Below, one piece after another: positions 1-11,525 of a DNA stretch of 64,000 nt. Source of the DNA: Entomortierella parvispora E1425. Taxonomy: Eukaryota > Fungi > Mortierellomycota. The stretch is taken from the NCBI GenBank assembly GCA_020891255.1, contig BQFW01000015.1, forward strand, positions 2,418,001 through 2,482,000. The letters are read 5' to 3'. The notes under the pieces are model-generated. The model did not search any database. It was not told where the DNA came from and was given only the letters and a program-made list of their open reading frames with translations. The position numbers and the translations under genes are program-made. Numbering within the stretch: position 1 is the stretch's first letter; every line of letters starts with the position of its first letter.

Positions 1-347
1 GCATCCGTGGGTGTTCTCTTCCTGCAAAATACCTTCTGCGGGGTGACAACCAACAACTGATTCAAAGAAACAAGAACTAGAAGGATGTCAAGATGTCAAT
101 CAATAAACCGTTTCGTCAAAAAAAAAAAAAAAGGCTCGATTGCGTGTACTACATTCTCGCGTTTTGTGCCAACACCCTACTCCACTTTCCTCTTTCCAGG
201 GATTTCAGAGGAGCAGTTCTCGTTAGAAGCTTACTAGCCGACCCCAAGCCCCAGCCCATAGATAGATCATCTCATTTCCCCCTCCACTTCAACCGTACTG
301 AATGATGTCATGATTTTTTTTCTTTAATGTTCTATGCAATTCATGAT

Positions 348-1106
348 TTAGGAGTAGTCGCCGCCGAGGACAGACTTGCATCCATAGGTGGAGCGGTTCA
401 CGGGGCAGTCGGACTTGTTCTTGCAGCAACGGATGCAGTAGATCTGAGCATCTGGCTCGGTCAATTGGACAAACGAAGCGTAGCCGGCGCAAGTGGCACC
501 AACGGGGGCGCGCATGTCGTACTGACCACCACCGTCCTTGGGCGAGAGGCCATACTTGGAACGGTCCATACGACCGGTGATCTGGACGTATCCCTTGCTG
601 GGGTTGGAGACGAAATGAGCAGACTGGATAAAACCAGAGGGCAAGACACGGGCCTTGGTCGCGCCATAGACGTTGTCCTTGGTACAGAAAGCCACCGCAC
701 GGTCCTCGTTCTCGGCAATGTCACCGCCATAGCCTGGGGGCAAGAAGATGCAGAAGTTGCTGGCATCCCAGATGGCACCGGTCTGACCAGACTTGCCGGG
801 CTTCACGGAGGGAAGGGGAGAGGCAGAGGTGGTGCGAGTCGTGGTAGTGTGAGCAGCAGTGGTGGTGGGGACTGCAGTCGTAATGGCATGGGTGGTAGTA
901 GTGGTAGGCTTCTTGGTGGTAGTGGTGGTTGTATGCTTCTTGGTAGTGGTCGTGGTATGCTTCTTGGTGGTGGTGGTATGCTTCTTAGTGGTTGTGTGCT
1001 TCTTGGTGGTGGTCGTGTGCTTCTTCTTCTTGTCGACAGCAGCGCCAGAGACGAGACTGATCAAGACAGCCAACACCAAGGCGATCAGGAAGATGGAGGA
1101 ACGCAT
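348..1106 (-). CDS. Secreted Cys-rich protein, MP88/mannoprotein-like fungal domain, with KKH(T)n repeat linker (paralog 1)
   Basis: Single-exon 252 aa ORF. Signal peptide MRSSIFLIALVLAVLISLVSG and Thr-rich linker. C-terminal domain NFCIFLPP...AVAFCT...SAHF...QITG...DGGGQYD...YCIRCC...CP...GC with 8 Cys. Family assignment is from remembered similarity to Cryptococcus MP88. Confidence 0.85.
   Translation of the reverse strand: MRSSIFLIALVLAVLISLVSGAAVDKKKKHTTTTKKHTTTKKHTTTTKKHTTTTTKKHTTTTTTKKPTTTTTHAITTAVPTTTAAHTTTTRTTSASPLPSVKPGKSGQTGAIWDASNFCIFLPPGYGGDIAENEDRAVAFCTKDNVYGATKARVLPSGFIQSAHFVSNPSKGYVQITGRMDRSKYGLSPKDGGGQYDMRAPVGATCAGYASFVQLTEPDAQIYCIRCCKNKSDCPVNRSTYGCKSVLGGDYS
890..1031 (-). 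repeat. Coding tandem repeat KKH(T)3-6
   Basis: Translation KKKKHTTTTKKHTTTKKHTTTTKKHTTTTTKKHTTTTTTKKPTTTTT. Confidence 0.95.
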
Positions 1107-3559
1107 ACTGAGTATCCTTTTTTTTAATGAGAGAAAAGTAGAAAGGGAAGAATGGGCTGCTCTTTAGAAAGTGGCGAGGAAGGTCTGTCCTTTTATATTC
1201 TCCACGAGCTTTGTCAGAAAGAAGGGCGTAAAGGGCGACTGCGCGTAACCCTCCAGCGAAGAAACAGACAGATCAGAGAGAGATAAAGGAACAAAGCTAT
1301 TAATATCAAGTTGGCAGAGACAGACAGACAGAAAGAGAGAGAGGAAAGAGCTGAGAAAGAAGGGCAGCGACAAGTTCCGAACGCGGTGGGGAACGAATAG
1401 GAGGACAGCCGGACGATCGCTGTCAACGATTTCTATTTTTTTCTATTTTGTCAAAGTTTGGTCGTCCATCCAGCGCAGGCTCTCTGGCGTGTTTGTCGGA
1501 TGCGGCAACGGGCAAACCTTCAATCCTGCGAACGCAGACTGTTGAGTCCGCTTTTAGCACAGGGGTGGGGTGCGTGTGGACTGGTAATGTCCAATTGTCG
1601 CCCAATTCATATAGCAAGTCTCAAGGAGCTCGCTCGTTCACTCCCTCTGCTGGACATCCGAAACTTGGACCAGTGTACTGGATCGTGTTCCGGGTTAGGT
1701 CCGTTCACAGTTACGTAGATATCCTCCTCCAGCTAAAACGGTCAATCGGGCGCCATGAAGTCGGTGTCTCCTTTTTTTGAGAAGAGGTGGATGAACAGAT
1801 CTATGAGAAGGCGCAAAAAAAAAAAGAGAAATAAAGACACGTTCTATTTCTCCAACTCTCCTGTCCTGGTAATATCCGTAGTTCCGTCCTTGCAGAAAAG
1901 AGCTCTTGTTTCGGGGTACCGTGTCCTTCCCCAAGTGTCCACCTGGATGATGGAACTACCGGATTCATGGTGCCCACGTTCTCACTACCGCCTCCTTTGG
2001 AGAGAAGAGACGATGACCCCCGTCAAACCCCGGTTTGGAAAGGAAAGGATGGTCAAAATCTTCTTTCAGGCACACAGTTTGCAAGTCCGCACGAATCTTT
2101 TTTTATCTTTGGCCTACACTGCTTCGCAGACATCACCAGCTCATCTTGAATCAAGCCTGTTATTTGACGATTTCCCTCGGCTGGAGCGAGCTGCATGTCC
2201 GCCGCAAACTCGCTTCAACCTGGTCAGCAGTTGTGAAAAGGGAGGGGGTGACGCCCAAAGCACCCTGTCCTTCCTTCCCCACGTCGGTCATCCTGAACAG
2301 AAACGATAAATATACTTTGGATTGGAGGGGCAAGCTTTCCAAAAACGAACACAGGTGACGAACATCGAAGAAAAACGCCATGTTATTCATAGCTGGCGGA
2401 CGCCGTACATTCTTGTGTTTTCTTGCAAAAGAAACATCCGCCATGGATGCCGTTTGTTGATCGCGGCAGGGACCCCCCTCTGTTTACTGGCCGATCGCAA
2501 AGTCCTTGCAGAGGGAGACATGTGGACAAAACGTCCTTGAGGACCCTGGGTCTAGATCACATTTGGTTAGCGCCCTCTCTCTTTCAAAAAAAAAGCATTG
2601 TCCACCTTTGCCCTTCAACAGAAAACCGTGCGACAATCGGGCCCGGCGTGCGGAAAGAGATTTTATTTTTGGGATCACAGTTTTCTGTTGTCTATTCTCA
2701 GAAGGGTCCCTAGATTTTTTCGTCGGCGCAAATGCAAAACCCCGGATCGCGACACTGACGAAATAGGTGGAAGCGCAAAAAGGCAGATTTTGACCTTGAG
2801 TGGTGGACTTTCCTTCTGCCGTTTGAGGCTCTGGGGCAAAAGTGAATGACAGATAAAGGAGCTAGCAGCAGAGGGCTGCCAAGTGACGCCGGATGCTCTC
2901 CATTCTACTTTATCCCGCTGCAAGAAAAACCAGGCATGATGAGCATTCGTGAGCAGACCAGCAGGTGTTGGAGGAGGGGTTGAGAGCGTGTCTACCATCT
3001 TATGGATCCCATTGAGGGCAATTGGGGCATTTGTGCGACGCTCACAACATCTATCCAGGTGAATGTGCAACACGGCAGGATTGCGCCTACTTACCGGGGT
3101 TTCCTTGACTTGAAAAGCAGACCTGAGCTGAGTCTTGATCAAACGGACAGATATCCTCCTAGAGATGCACAGAGTAAACTGGTGCAGGTCGACACGCTTC
3201 CAACGGACGGGCGCGTGAAGACGGGGTAGTAATCATCTACGTCCAGATTCTATCTTCGATTGTTCCCTCACATCCGGCACCATTTCAACATTTTTTTCTT
3301 CTCACTATCATCTCGATCCCGGACCAGGACTTTGGTAATTTTTGATGGATAGGCGACCAATCCTTCCAGGAACATGGAACCCACCATGGCATGAACATTG
3401 GAACTCGACCTGATCTACCATCATGTACTGGCCCCCTCTTCCCATTCCTGCTCAGTCTTTTAAATCCCCTTCATCCCTGTCAACAGCCCCACTTGCTCGT
3501 TACAACCACCCTTCGACTCTGCCTTCTCCTCAAAACTCGCCGGTGAAAAAAAAAAAGCA

Positions 3560-4090
3560 ATGACCAAAGTTTTTTCCTCCATCGTCGCCCTGTCAGCCGC
3601 TGCCCTGTTTGTCGTCTCTTCCGTTGAGGCCGGCAAGGGCAAGGGAAACTATGGTCAAATCGCCTCTGTAGAATCTGCGGAAAACTTTTGCTTCTTCCTC
3701 CCTCCTAACAAGGGACAGGGTACCATCTCTGACAATGAGGACAAGGCCATTGCATTCTGCACCAAGGAGCTCGCCGATGCCCCTGGAGCCAAGGTCTTTC
3801 CCGAGGGCTTTATCGAGACTGCTCATTTCAAGGAGGACAAGGAGAAGAACTGGGTCCAGGTCACTGGTAGAATGTCGCCCAAGCTCTACGCCATGAGCAA
3901 GAAGGACGGCGGTGGTCAATACGATATCAAGGCACCCGTCGGAGCCACGTGTGCCAACTACAAGTACTTCGTCAACATGGTTGAGCCCGACGGTTCGACC
4001 TACTGCATGCGTTGCTGTGAGACCAAGGAGGACTGCCCTGTTGGAAAGAGCACATATGGATGCAAGGCCGTGATCGATGGAACCTATTAA
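3560..4090 (+). CDS. Secreted Cys-rich MP88-like protein (paralog 2, no Thr linker)
   Basis: 176 aa single-exon ORF with signal peptide and the same NFCFFLPP/AIAFCT/DGGGQYD/YCMRCC/CP/GC motifs. Confidence 0.88.
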   Translation: MTKVFSSIVALSAAALFVVSSVEAGKGKGNYGQIASVESAENFCFFLPPNKGQGTISDNEDKAIAFCTKELADAPGAKVFPEGFIETAHFKEDKEKNWVQVTGRMSPKLYAMSKKDGGGQYDIKAPVGATCANYKYFVNMVEPDGSTYCMRCCETKEDCPVGKSTYGCKAVIDGTY

Positions 4091-4363
4091 TTCATCATTT
4101 TCTTCACCACCGTGCCCTCTAAGTTATACCAATTTGTTCCTGGCGAACAGCAATTAAAAAGCACGTCGCGATCCTTTTTGTCTGTCTTGAAAAACATGTT
4201 TGGGCAAGAAAGGTCATGCTGTATACACTCCACCATGGTAAACAGATCTCAAAGTTCGGAAGAAGACACTCAGCGCTCGTCGATGCAACAAAAAAAAGGT
4301 ATCATATTGAAGATGGATCGCCTATTGAAGGCTATATACAAAGCAGGAGGAAAGAGTCATCTT

Positions 4364-4998
4364 TTACGAGTAGTCTCCTCCCAAGACATCTTTGCATCCA
4401 TCTGTAGATCGGCCACGCGGACAATTGGATGGATCATGGCAGCAGCGCAGGCAGTAACGCTGAGTGTTTGGTTCTGTGATCTGCACAAAGGCCTTGTAGC
4501 CTGCACAGGAGGACCCTCTAGGGGCTGCGACATCGTACTGTCCTCCGCCGTCATTGGGATCAAGGCCGTACTTTGATCGATCGAATAGACCAGACACCTG
4601 GATCCACCCTTGGCCATCGCCGTGCGTGATATGAGCCGACGTGATAAATCCTTGAGGGAGAGTCTTAGCCTTCAATGAGGACGCGAGGGAGTCTGTGGTA
4701 CAGAAGGAAATGGCAGAGTCTTCACTTTCGCCAATCTTTTTAAGGACAATTCGGAAAATAATAGGAATGGGTCTCGTTAGTCAAAATAAGAGATGAGGCG
4801 AATGACGGGCTACGAAGGAAGGGCATGGTTCGTTCATCTTACTTTGCCACCGCGATCTTTGGGAAGAAGCAGACAGAATGAGCTTTCTGAGTCTACAGCA
4901 ACCGTCTGTCCTGGCTTTCCCGACGGGGCAGATTCGACTGAAAATGCGACAAGCAGAGACAGCGAGACCGCGAGGAGGGTAGAGACTGATTTGATCAT
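4364..4998 (-). CDS. Secreted Cys-rich MP88-like protein (paralog 3, two exons)
   Basis: Exon 1 (4843-4998) MIKSVSTLLAVSLSLLVAFSVESAP...FCLLLPKDRGGK. Phase-0 GT-AG intron 4736-4842. Exon 2 IGESEDSAISFCT...DGGGQYD...YCLRCC...GGDYS*. Confidence 0.85.
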
Positions 4999-5651
4999 TG
5001 TTCTGAGATGGCTTGTTATAAAAAATAACAGAAGGAAGGCTTGGTGAAAGGTGGAGGGGAGATGAAACAAGAAAGAGGTGAGCAGATAGGGCCTTTCTTT
5101 TATAGTCACTCGGCGCGCACGTAAAAAAAACAAGAAAAAAAAAGAAAAAGCCCAAAGAAGGGGGTCCAGGAGAGCGGCCAAGATGGGGTTGCAAGGGGGT
5201 CGCAGGAGGGGACGTCGCAAATCCAGTGTAGCCACAGCTGTGCAAGCTAGTCCTGCGAGCACGATGGGTGTGCATGTTGGATCCGGTAAAATATTGTACA
5301 TTAGCGTCCTTTCCCCCTCAATCCTGCAATCTCTCTCTCTCTCTTTTTTTTGAGTCCTCAGAAAGCCACACCCCCCGAAGGCATATCATTAGAACAAGGC
5401 AGCAGAGCCCTTTATCTGCCTTGAGAGGTCTTTGTGCAAGACTCAGGTGCCAGAAATTGGGGGCCCGGATCGGGAAAGAATCGCAGCGCCGACTTATTAG
5501 CCCCAGGACCTGATCTAACAGCTCAGCTTTTTGTCAGGTCATGCCAGCATCCGAACAATAGGAAGTCATTTTGACCCATGGTGTGGATACTGTGTTGGCA
5601 GGATCGTATTATACACATTTATATAGGGTATTTCTCGTCTCATTGCTGATA

Positions 5652-7896
5652 TTAATCCGAGTCATCATCGAATCCAAACGTCCTTGTGGATGTGACTTGT
5701 TGGGAGTGAGAAACCAATGGCATCCCCCGAGCGCTCTTTTCCAACGTCTCCAATATCTGATTAAACTCCTTGAGAGCGCCCAAGACCCCTGTCGGTTCAA
5801 AATCGCCATCCCTTGTTGATCCAGAGTCGCCTCCACATCGAGCCCCAACAGTTGCCAGCAAACTTTGGAGTCCAGTCTAAGAGTGAAGAAGGGAGAAGCA
5901 TAGATTAGTTGTTATTCTTTTGCCAAGAATACGAGACCTCCCACCGTTATCATTCCACCCTGTTTTACCTTGGTGTCTCTGAGGTCGAGGTCTTTATCTT
6001 GAGTATGGATGTCAGGTCCATCTTCCGATCCAGTGACCTCATCCCTCAATGCTTCCAGATCAGTCAAAAATTTATGAGTTTCCTCCAGTCGACGACGTGC
6101 TCGCTCCTCTCTTTCGAAACTAGATCGGACGCGTTTCAATTCCTGACGGGTACGTTGTCTCGCCCTCTGGGTCTCCAAGAGCCGTGATCGAAGTTCCTTC
6201 TTGAGAGCCGCCGCTTTTTTCACTGAAGCCCTCAAGACCGAGTGGTCATCCAGCATGTCAACCTGTTCGATCAGCAGTGTTTCTAATTCGTTTCTGAATG
6301 TCAAAAGCTCCTTAGCCATTGCTCGATCTTCCATCTGGTCACTATGAGATGAAAAGAGCCAAGCCAAAGGTCAGTTCCAATTCAATTCAATTCAACATTG
6401 TATAAAGAAGTATGCTTACATAAACTTGTCGACGACGCCTCGGACAGCATCAGCAATGACATCCATTTCGCTCAGCGGTGCTTGGTCAATCTGCAGTACA
6501 CTCTGTACGGTTTTCCGAGCTACATCGGTAGACGCTGCTTCTGCTGCTGTTGTCGCTACAGTCTCAGATCCTGTTTCCGCCTCCGCTGGTGGTTGTTGAC
6601 TAATTTTGGCTGGTTGACTCACAGGCGCCTTTGGTCCCCAGTATTTGAGGCAATGGATCTGAAGCTGTTTGTAGGTTTTGACAGTTTGATCCGAAAGTCC
6701 TTTCCTGTTTCCTTTTGAAGCTGCCTTTTTGGTTGGCATCACTGCATTTGCCTTGTCAACTTTGCTAATGGTTTTGGCAAAGTCTGAATCGCTGCCGTCA
6801 GACTCATCCTCCGTTGCTCGAGAAGTCGACGCTTCCACCGCCTTGCTGTTGCCATCCTTGGACTTCAAAGTGTTGGATGAGAGGTGCATCAATGTCGTTT
6901 GTCGAAGAGGTTTTTTGCTTGACCTCGAGAGGCTGTTCGATTTCGTGGTAGAATCATCGCCCGTTGAATCGGGTCCTGCAGTCTTGCTTGGCCCCGGCGC
7001 AGCCTTTTGTCCATCAACTGCTTTTGACCTGCGGGATGTTGTTGAGGATCCATTAACGGCCTTGGTTAAGTTTGTATGAACGAGATCAGGATCCTCGTTT
7101 TCATCAACCTCGTCCACTATGAGTCGACGCCTCTTGACTGGAGCAGGTGCAGGTTTACTTGTGCCAGAGGTGGGTTTCCGCTTGTTCGGTTTGCTCTTCT
7201 TTCCGGATTCTGTCTGCTTGACCGTAGATTGTGTGGTTACTGGTAAAGGTTCCTCCTGCTGTGGTGACGGTTCATAATGGTCTTCAACAATCATATCCAT
7301 GTCTCCCGCATCTACAAACGAGTCCTCAGGTCCCTGATCCAATACAACTTCTTGCTCTATTTCCCGTCTAACTTCTTTGCTGGCAATTTGTGGTGGTGAA
7401 CGGGATCGCCTTGAACGTCGCTCTCGGGGTGGTGGATCTGTAGGCAGGTCGACGGTTGTAACATCCTCCTCCTCCGCGTATGAAGGTGCTGGTTGTGATG
7501 AGTTCCTCGAAGACCTTCTCCTTTCTGGCCGATTCTCTACAGGCGGCTCTGTTGGAGGTTTCTTTGCGACCGGTTCAGTTGTAATCTTGAAGTTTCTAAA
7601 GCCGGGTTGATGCGACCTATCGTTGTGCAATTGATAACACTTTTGGTTTGAATATGGACATGGTTCAGACGACATTCCGAAAGATTCTCCCAAAGTCCTT
7701 ACCCTGCTCCTCGAATACGTGCTTGGAGTCTCTCCTGGAAATGTTCACTCAAACCTCCGGTCGTGTCCTTCTTCTTGCTCGTTCTTGAAGTTGTTGGAAT
7801 TATAGAGTCTGTGATAAGTTGTTGTTGCTGCCGCGTTTCTCTCCTTGTGGTCATAGTAGCAGTAGCAGAAGTGGTAGCAGAGGGTATGGTGGCCAT
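5652..7896 (-). CDS. Inner kinetochore CENP-U/Ame1-like protein (disordered N-terminus, C-terminal coiled coil)
   Basis: Four exons joined from ORFs 7699-7923, 6416-7693, 5912-6367 and 5652-5861. First intron 7617-7702 checked in frame. Motifs LSEMDVIAD, MLDDHSVLRASVKKAAALKKELRSRLLE and LQSLL...GVLGALKEFNQILE resemble fungal CENP-U. Confidence 0.55.
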
Positions 7897-8566
7897 GGCC
7901 CTAACGGAAGCGCTTTCCTTCACGACTTCATTCCTGCTCTGTTTCTGTTCTTTGTCGTTTGTCTTTACAAGGCTGAATCCACGGTGCTGGGTCTCCCGAT
8001 TCCTAGAAAGTTTGTAAATTCAGAAAAAAACCAAATCAGTCCCCTGGGACACGCGTGTCCTTTTCTACCACATCCGTAACATGACGACAACCATCCGTTC
8101 CATCCGTGACCATACCCTGCTCCACGTTTTCTCGCCTGGACTTTTTCCTGGTACTTTTGAGCTAATGAGGCTCCTAAGAAAGAAATGACACCGGGATTGA
8201 TTAGTTGTGTTTACAAGAGTGAGGACGCGACTTTTTCTGGTGGCGCTTCAGAGGAAGAGTATCGCTTCTATTAGAGGCACATACCAGACCCATTAGCTTG
8301 GGCAGACATTTGGGCCTAGTCGAATCGAACAATGGGGAATACAGAGGCGCGGGGAGGAGTGCAATGAAGCAAGCATGCAATGGACACTGAGGAGTGTGTA
8401 TGTGTGCGAGTCGGCATTTGTTCATTTCACTCATCAACAAAATGGTCAGAAAAGTCGCGGTCACGGAAGTTCTCTCGTATAATTAATAGTTTTTTAATTT
8501 TTAATTTTTATTCAAGAAAGACTCTAGACTCTTGGTCCTCCTCTTGGGCAGACAGCAGAGTCAAGC

Positions 8567-10847
8567 TTAATGCCCGCCACCACCGCGTGTGTAGCTGACA
8601 GCATCCAAGCAGATCGTGATAACTCCAATGACAATCTCAAAGAAAATGAGGATAATCACAATCCACTCCAGCTGCTCGCCGTGCGACGATGTCAAGTGCT
8701 CCTTGAGCATGTCCAAAAGATCGCTGATAACAGAAGTGCGCTGGTTCAGTAACTCGACACGTTGTCCAATTTCCAAGTAACCTAGTAAGTGGTCGCAATC
8801 CAGTTATATACTCGTTCTTCCAGGGGACAATATTATATCAAGACTTTTGTTGTGTTACCTCTAATAGCGGAATACAAGGGCTGGAAAGATGGCTCTGACC
8901 AGAAAATTTCAGGCGTGTCCAAAATGTTACTGACCAAGTTGACATTGATTCTCATGATAAATAGCTGTCCAATCTTTTTCGTGATTGCAGTTCTGTAGAG
9001 CAAAAGGCCGTAGAATAAAGGGTGAGTAATTCTTTTCCGGTATAGTCTTGTCCTTGTGCAGTGTCCATTGTTCAGTCCCCACACGTTACCTGGACATGGG
9101 AACCTTTCCTGTCTCGGCCATGGTCTGAGGAATGTTTTTCGTGGCGTTGATGGTATTTTCGATCAATCCTTCAAACAGAGTCATCTTCACAGACTGTGCA
9201 ATGGCGTGGGAGATCGTCAGCTTGACCATGTAGTTTCCGGCACTCTTCAATGTGATGACATCGTTATAAATCCTATTGTACAGGCAGAGTTAGTGTCCGA
9301 TTGACAGGTCCCAATGTGATCAAGAAAAAGTCATCCATACCTTGGCTGGTACTGAGAATTGTAATGGTATGAGAACTCTTCAGTTTCAACATCTTCGTCG
9401 TCTAATAAATGAAAACAGTGAGTTGGGTCAACGTCCAGTATTGGATAGGACTGTCATTGCATCTCTTATATTTCAAAAACTCACCAAGTTTCTCCTCTTC
9501 GAAGCGCGACAGTTCTTGCAACAGGCGTGCTTCTTCCTGTTCCGACATTCCCCAGATGACAACCACACCATAGTCAAAGTAGAGGACCTCAGGGATCGAC
9601 TCCTTGGATTGTTGCTGTTGTTGGTGCAAGAGACGCGATCCATTCGTGGCAGCCTCATCCAGTCCCAAAAGGTCAGCCGTTGATGGAGGTTTTGACGATA
9701 GAGTGTACGAGAAAGGAGTATAAATACTATCCAATTAACAAACTATGGTTAGCATTCCAGCACATCGTAGAATGAGGGTGTAGAAAAACAAGGGGACGCA
9801 CGAAAACATTCACGCGCGCGATAATTGGTTGGGCAAAGCCAACAGGGAACAAACTTACCATTCATCAAATCTCTTGGGCGCCGCGCCGTTTGTAGTCTTT
9901 CTGGACTGGAGGTAGTTGAACAGATCATCCATTCTATAGGACGAAGCTGTACAGTAGGCAATGACACGGGGCAGTTTCTGACGATCCAGTTTACTCATAC
10001 GATGAGCATCATTTCTCGCCCTATTGTCCAGTGATCATCGACATCGAACGAGAGGGTATGAGAGATCGTTAGGAGGGGCCTCTTTTGTGCTAGCTTTTGT
10101 CCAATGGATTAGGATTTCAACCAACAATGTACCAGTGCACATTGACCCAATCTCGCCCACCATGTGCCTTGAACACAAACACAGACTAGACCACCACTTT
10201 TTTTTCCTCAACGATCGACCTGCTTCATTAATGAAAATAACGACTTACATGCTAGACGACAATTGTCCGATCTGGTTATATGTCGTGTCATCAAATACGT
10301 ATTCGTCCTCCAAAACAGGGACATCCTTTTCTTCGGGGAACAACGTCAACTTTTGACTGGTCTTGGTCGTTCTCATGGGCTGCTTGACCTTGCCTCGGTT
10401 GATGGCCGCGTTGCTACTGGCAGCAGTGGCTGTCGAGCTGCCAACAGGCAAATTGTGAGCGGCCGACAAGGCCGCGGGTCTTCCGGACAAGGCACCACCA
10501 GAGCCAGCATTCACGCTCGAATTTGAGCCAGACCCTGTGGCGGCATTGACCTTGTTGGCGCCAGGGATCTGGGAATGAATGGGTGACTGCAGCTGATTTG
10601 TCTGCTGAGTGAATGCCTGTTTGGTCGGATTAATGATCTTAGGTGGCACGCCCGCGCTCCCACCAATGGCATTGGAAGAGTTGTTTTTACTGCTGTTATT
10701 GCTGTTGTTGCTGCTGTTGTTCGTGATGCTAGTCTGGCTGGCACTCTTGGGAAGAGGCGACTGGGGAGGCAGCGCCTCTGTGGGCGAGGCCAGGGAGGGG
10801 CCGGTTGTTTCTGGGAGGGTCTGGTAACCAGCGTTCTTGCGAGCCAT
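8567..10847 (-). CDS. RMD1: RMD1/Sif2-type DUF155 family protein (multi-exon)
   Basis: Motifs RTTKTSQKLTLFPE, YFDYGVVVIWGM, VNLVSNILDTPEIFWSEP and YLEIGQRVELLNQR...HGEQLEWIVIILI (C-terminal TM). Confidence 0.85.
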
Positions 10848-11525
10848 GGCGGAGGGAGGGTGGTGATTGGGGTAACAGGGAAGGGGGATGGGCACGAAGC
10901 GATGCGATTACAAACGAATGAAGAATGAAAGGAACAAAAACAGGAAGAATGGAATGCAGAAAAAGAAGAAAAAAAAAAAAAAAAAAAAAGAGAAAAAATG
11001 ATATCACTTTGCTCTCCGCTTGTGCCCACTGTGTGACCGTGGACTGGGGCCATGTCTGTGCTTCCTTCCTTTGTTTCCTTTGTCTTCCTTGCCCTGCTTA
11101 CTCTAGCGATGATCCTCTTCGCATAGTCGGGACTTCTTTTCGCACGCGTGTTGGTGTCCAGACCACACTCATGCATGCCGTGATCCACCGATCACACAGG
11201 GCCTCTGCTCCCAAAGTCGAATCTGCAAAGACTAGGAGGATGCCAGAGCAGATCGCCACCTGTTGGTGCATCCTCCTCCGTCTCGAGCGTGCCTGTTACA
11301 ACAACACAGGATCTGAAGGGGTTGTGCTATCGGATCTCCAAGCGAGGAAGACTACCGCAAGAAGCGTCGCTCTCTGTCCATTATTTTTTAATCTGCATGG
11401 CCCCACTCCACTCGATTTCCGGATTTATTAAGGGTGTGGCCTGTTGTGTTCTTGACGCCTTCACGCGTTCAAACGCTCGAGAGTCCATTCATTGTCTCTT
11501 TTCCGCCCCTGCATCCGTCCTGACA

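Noticed and set aside
327-1127. 266 aa plus-strand ORF
   Set aside because: Antisense shadow of the secreted gene 348-1106. Its Gly/Leu repeats mirror the KKHT repeat.
1107-3559. 2.4 kb spacer with several short ORFs, including a VLEEGLR string reminiscent of a P450 ExxR motif near 2960
   Set aside because: No coherent spliced model, multiple stops and no second supporting motif. Treated as a divergent promoter region.
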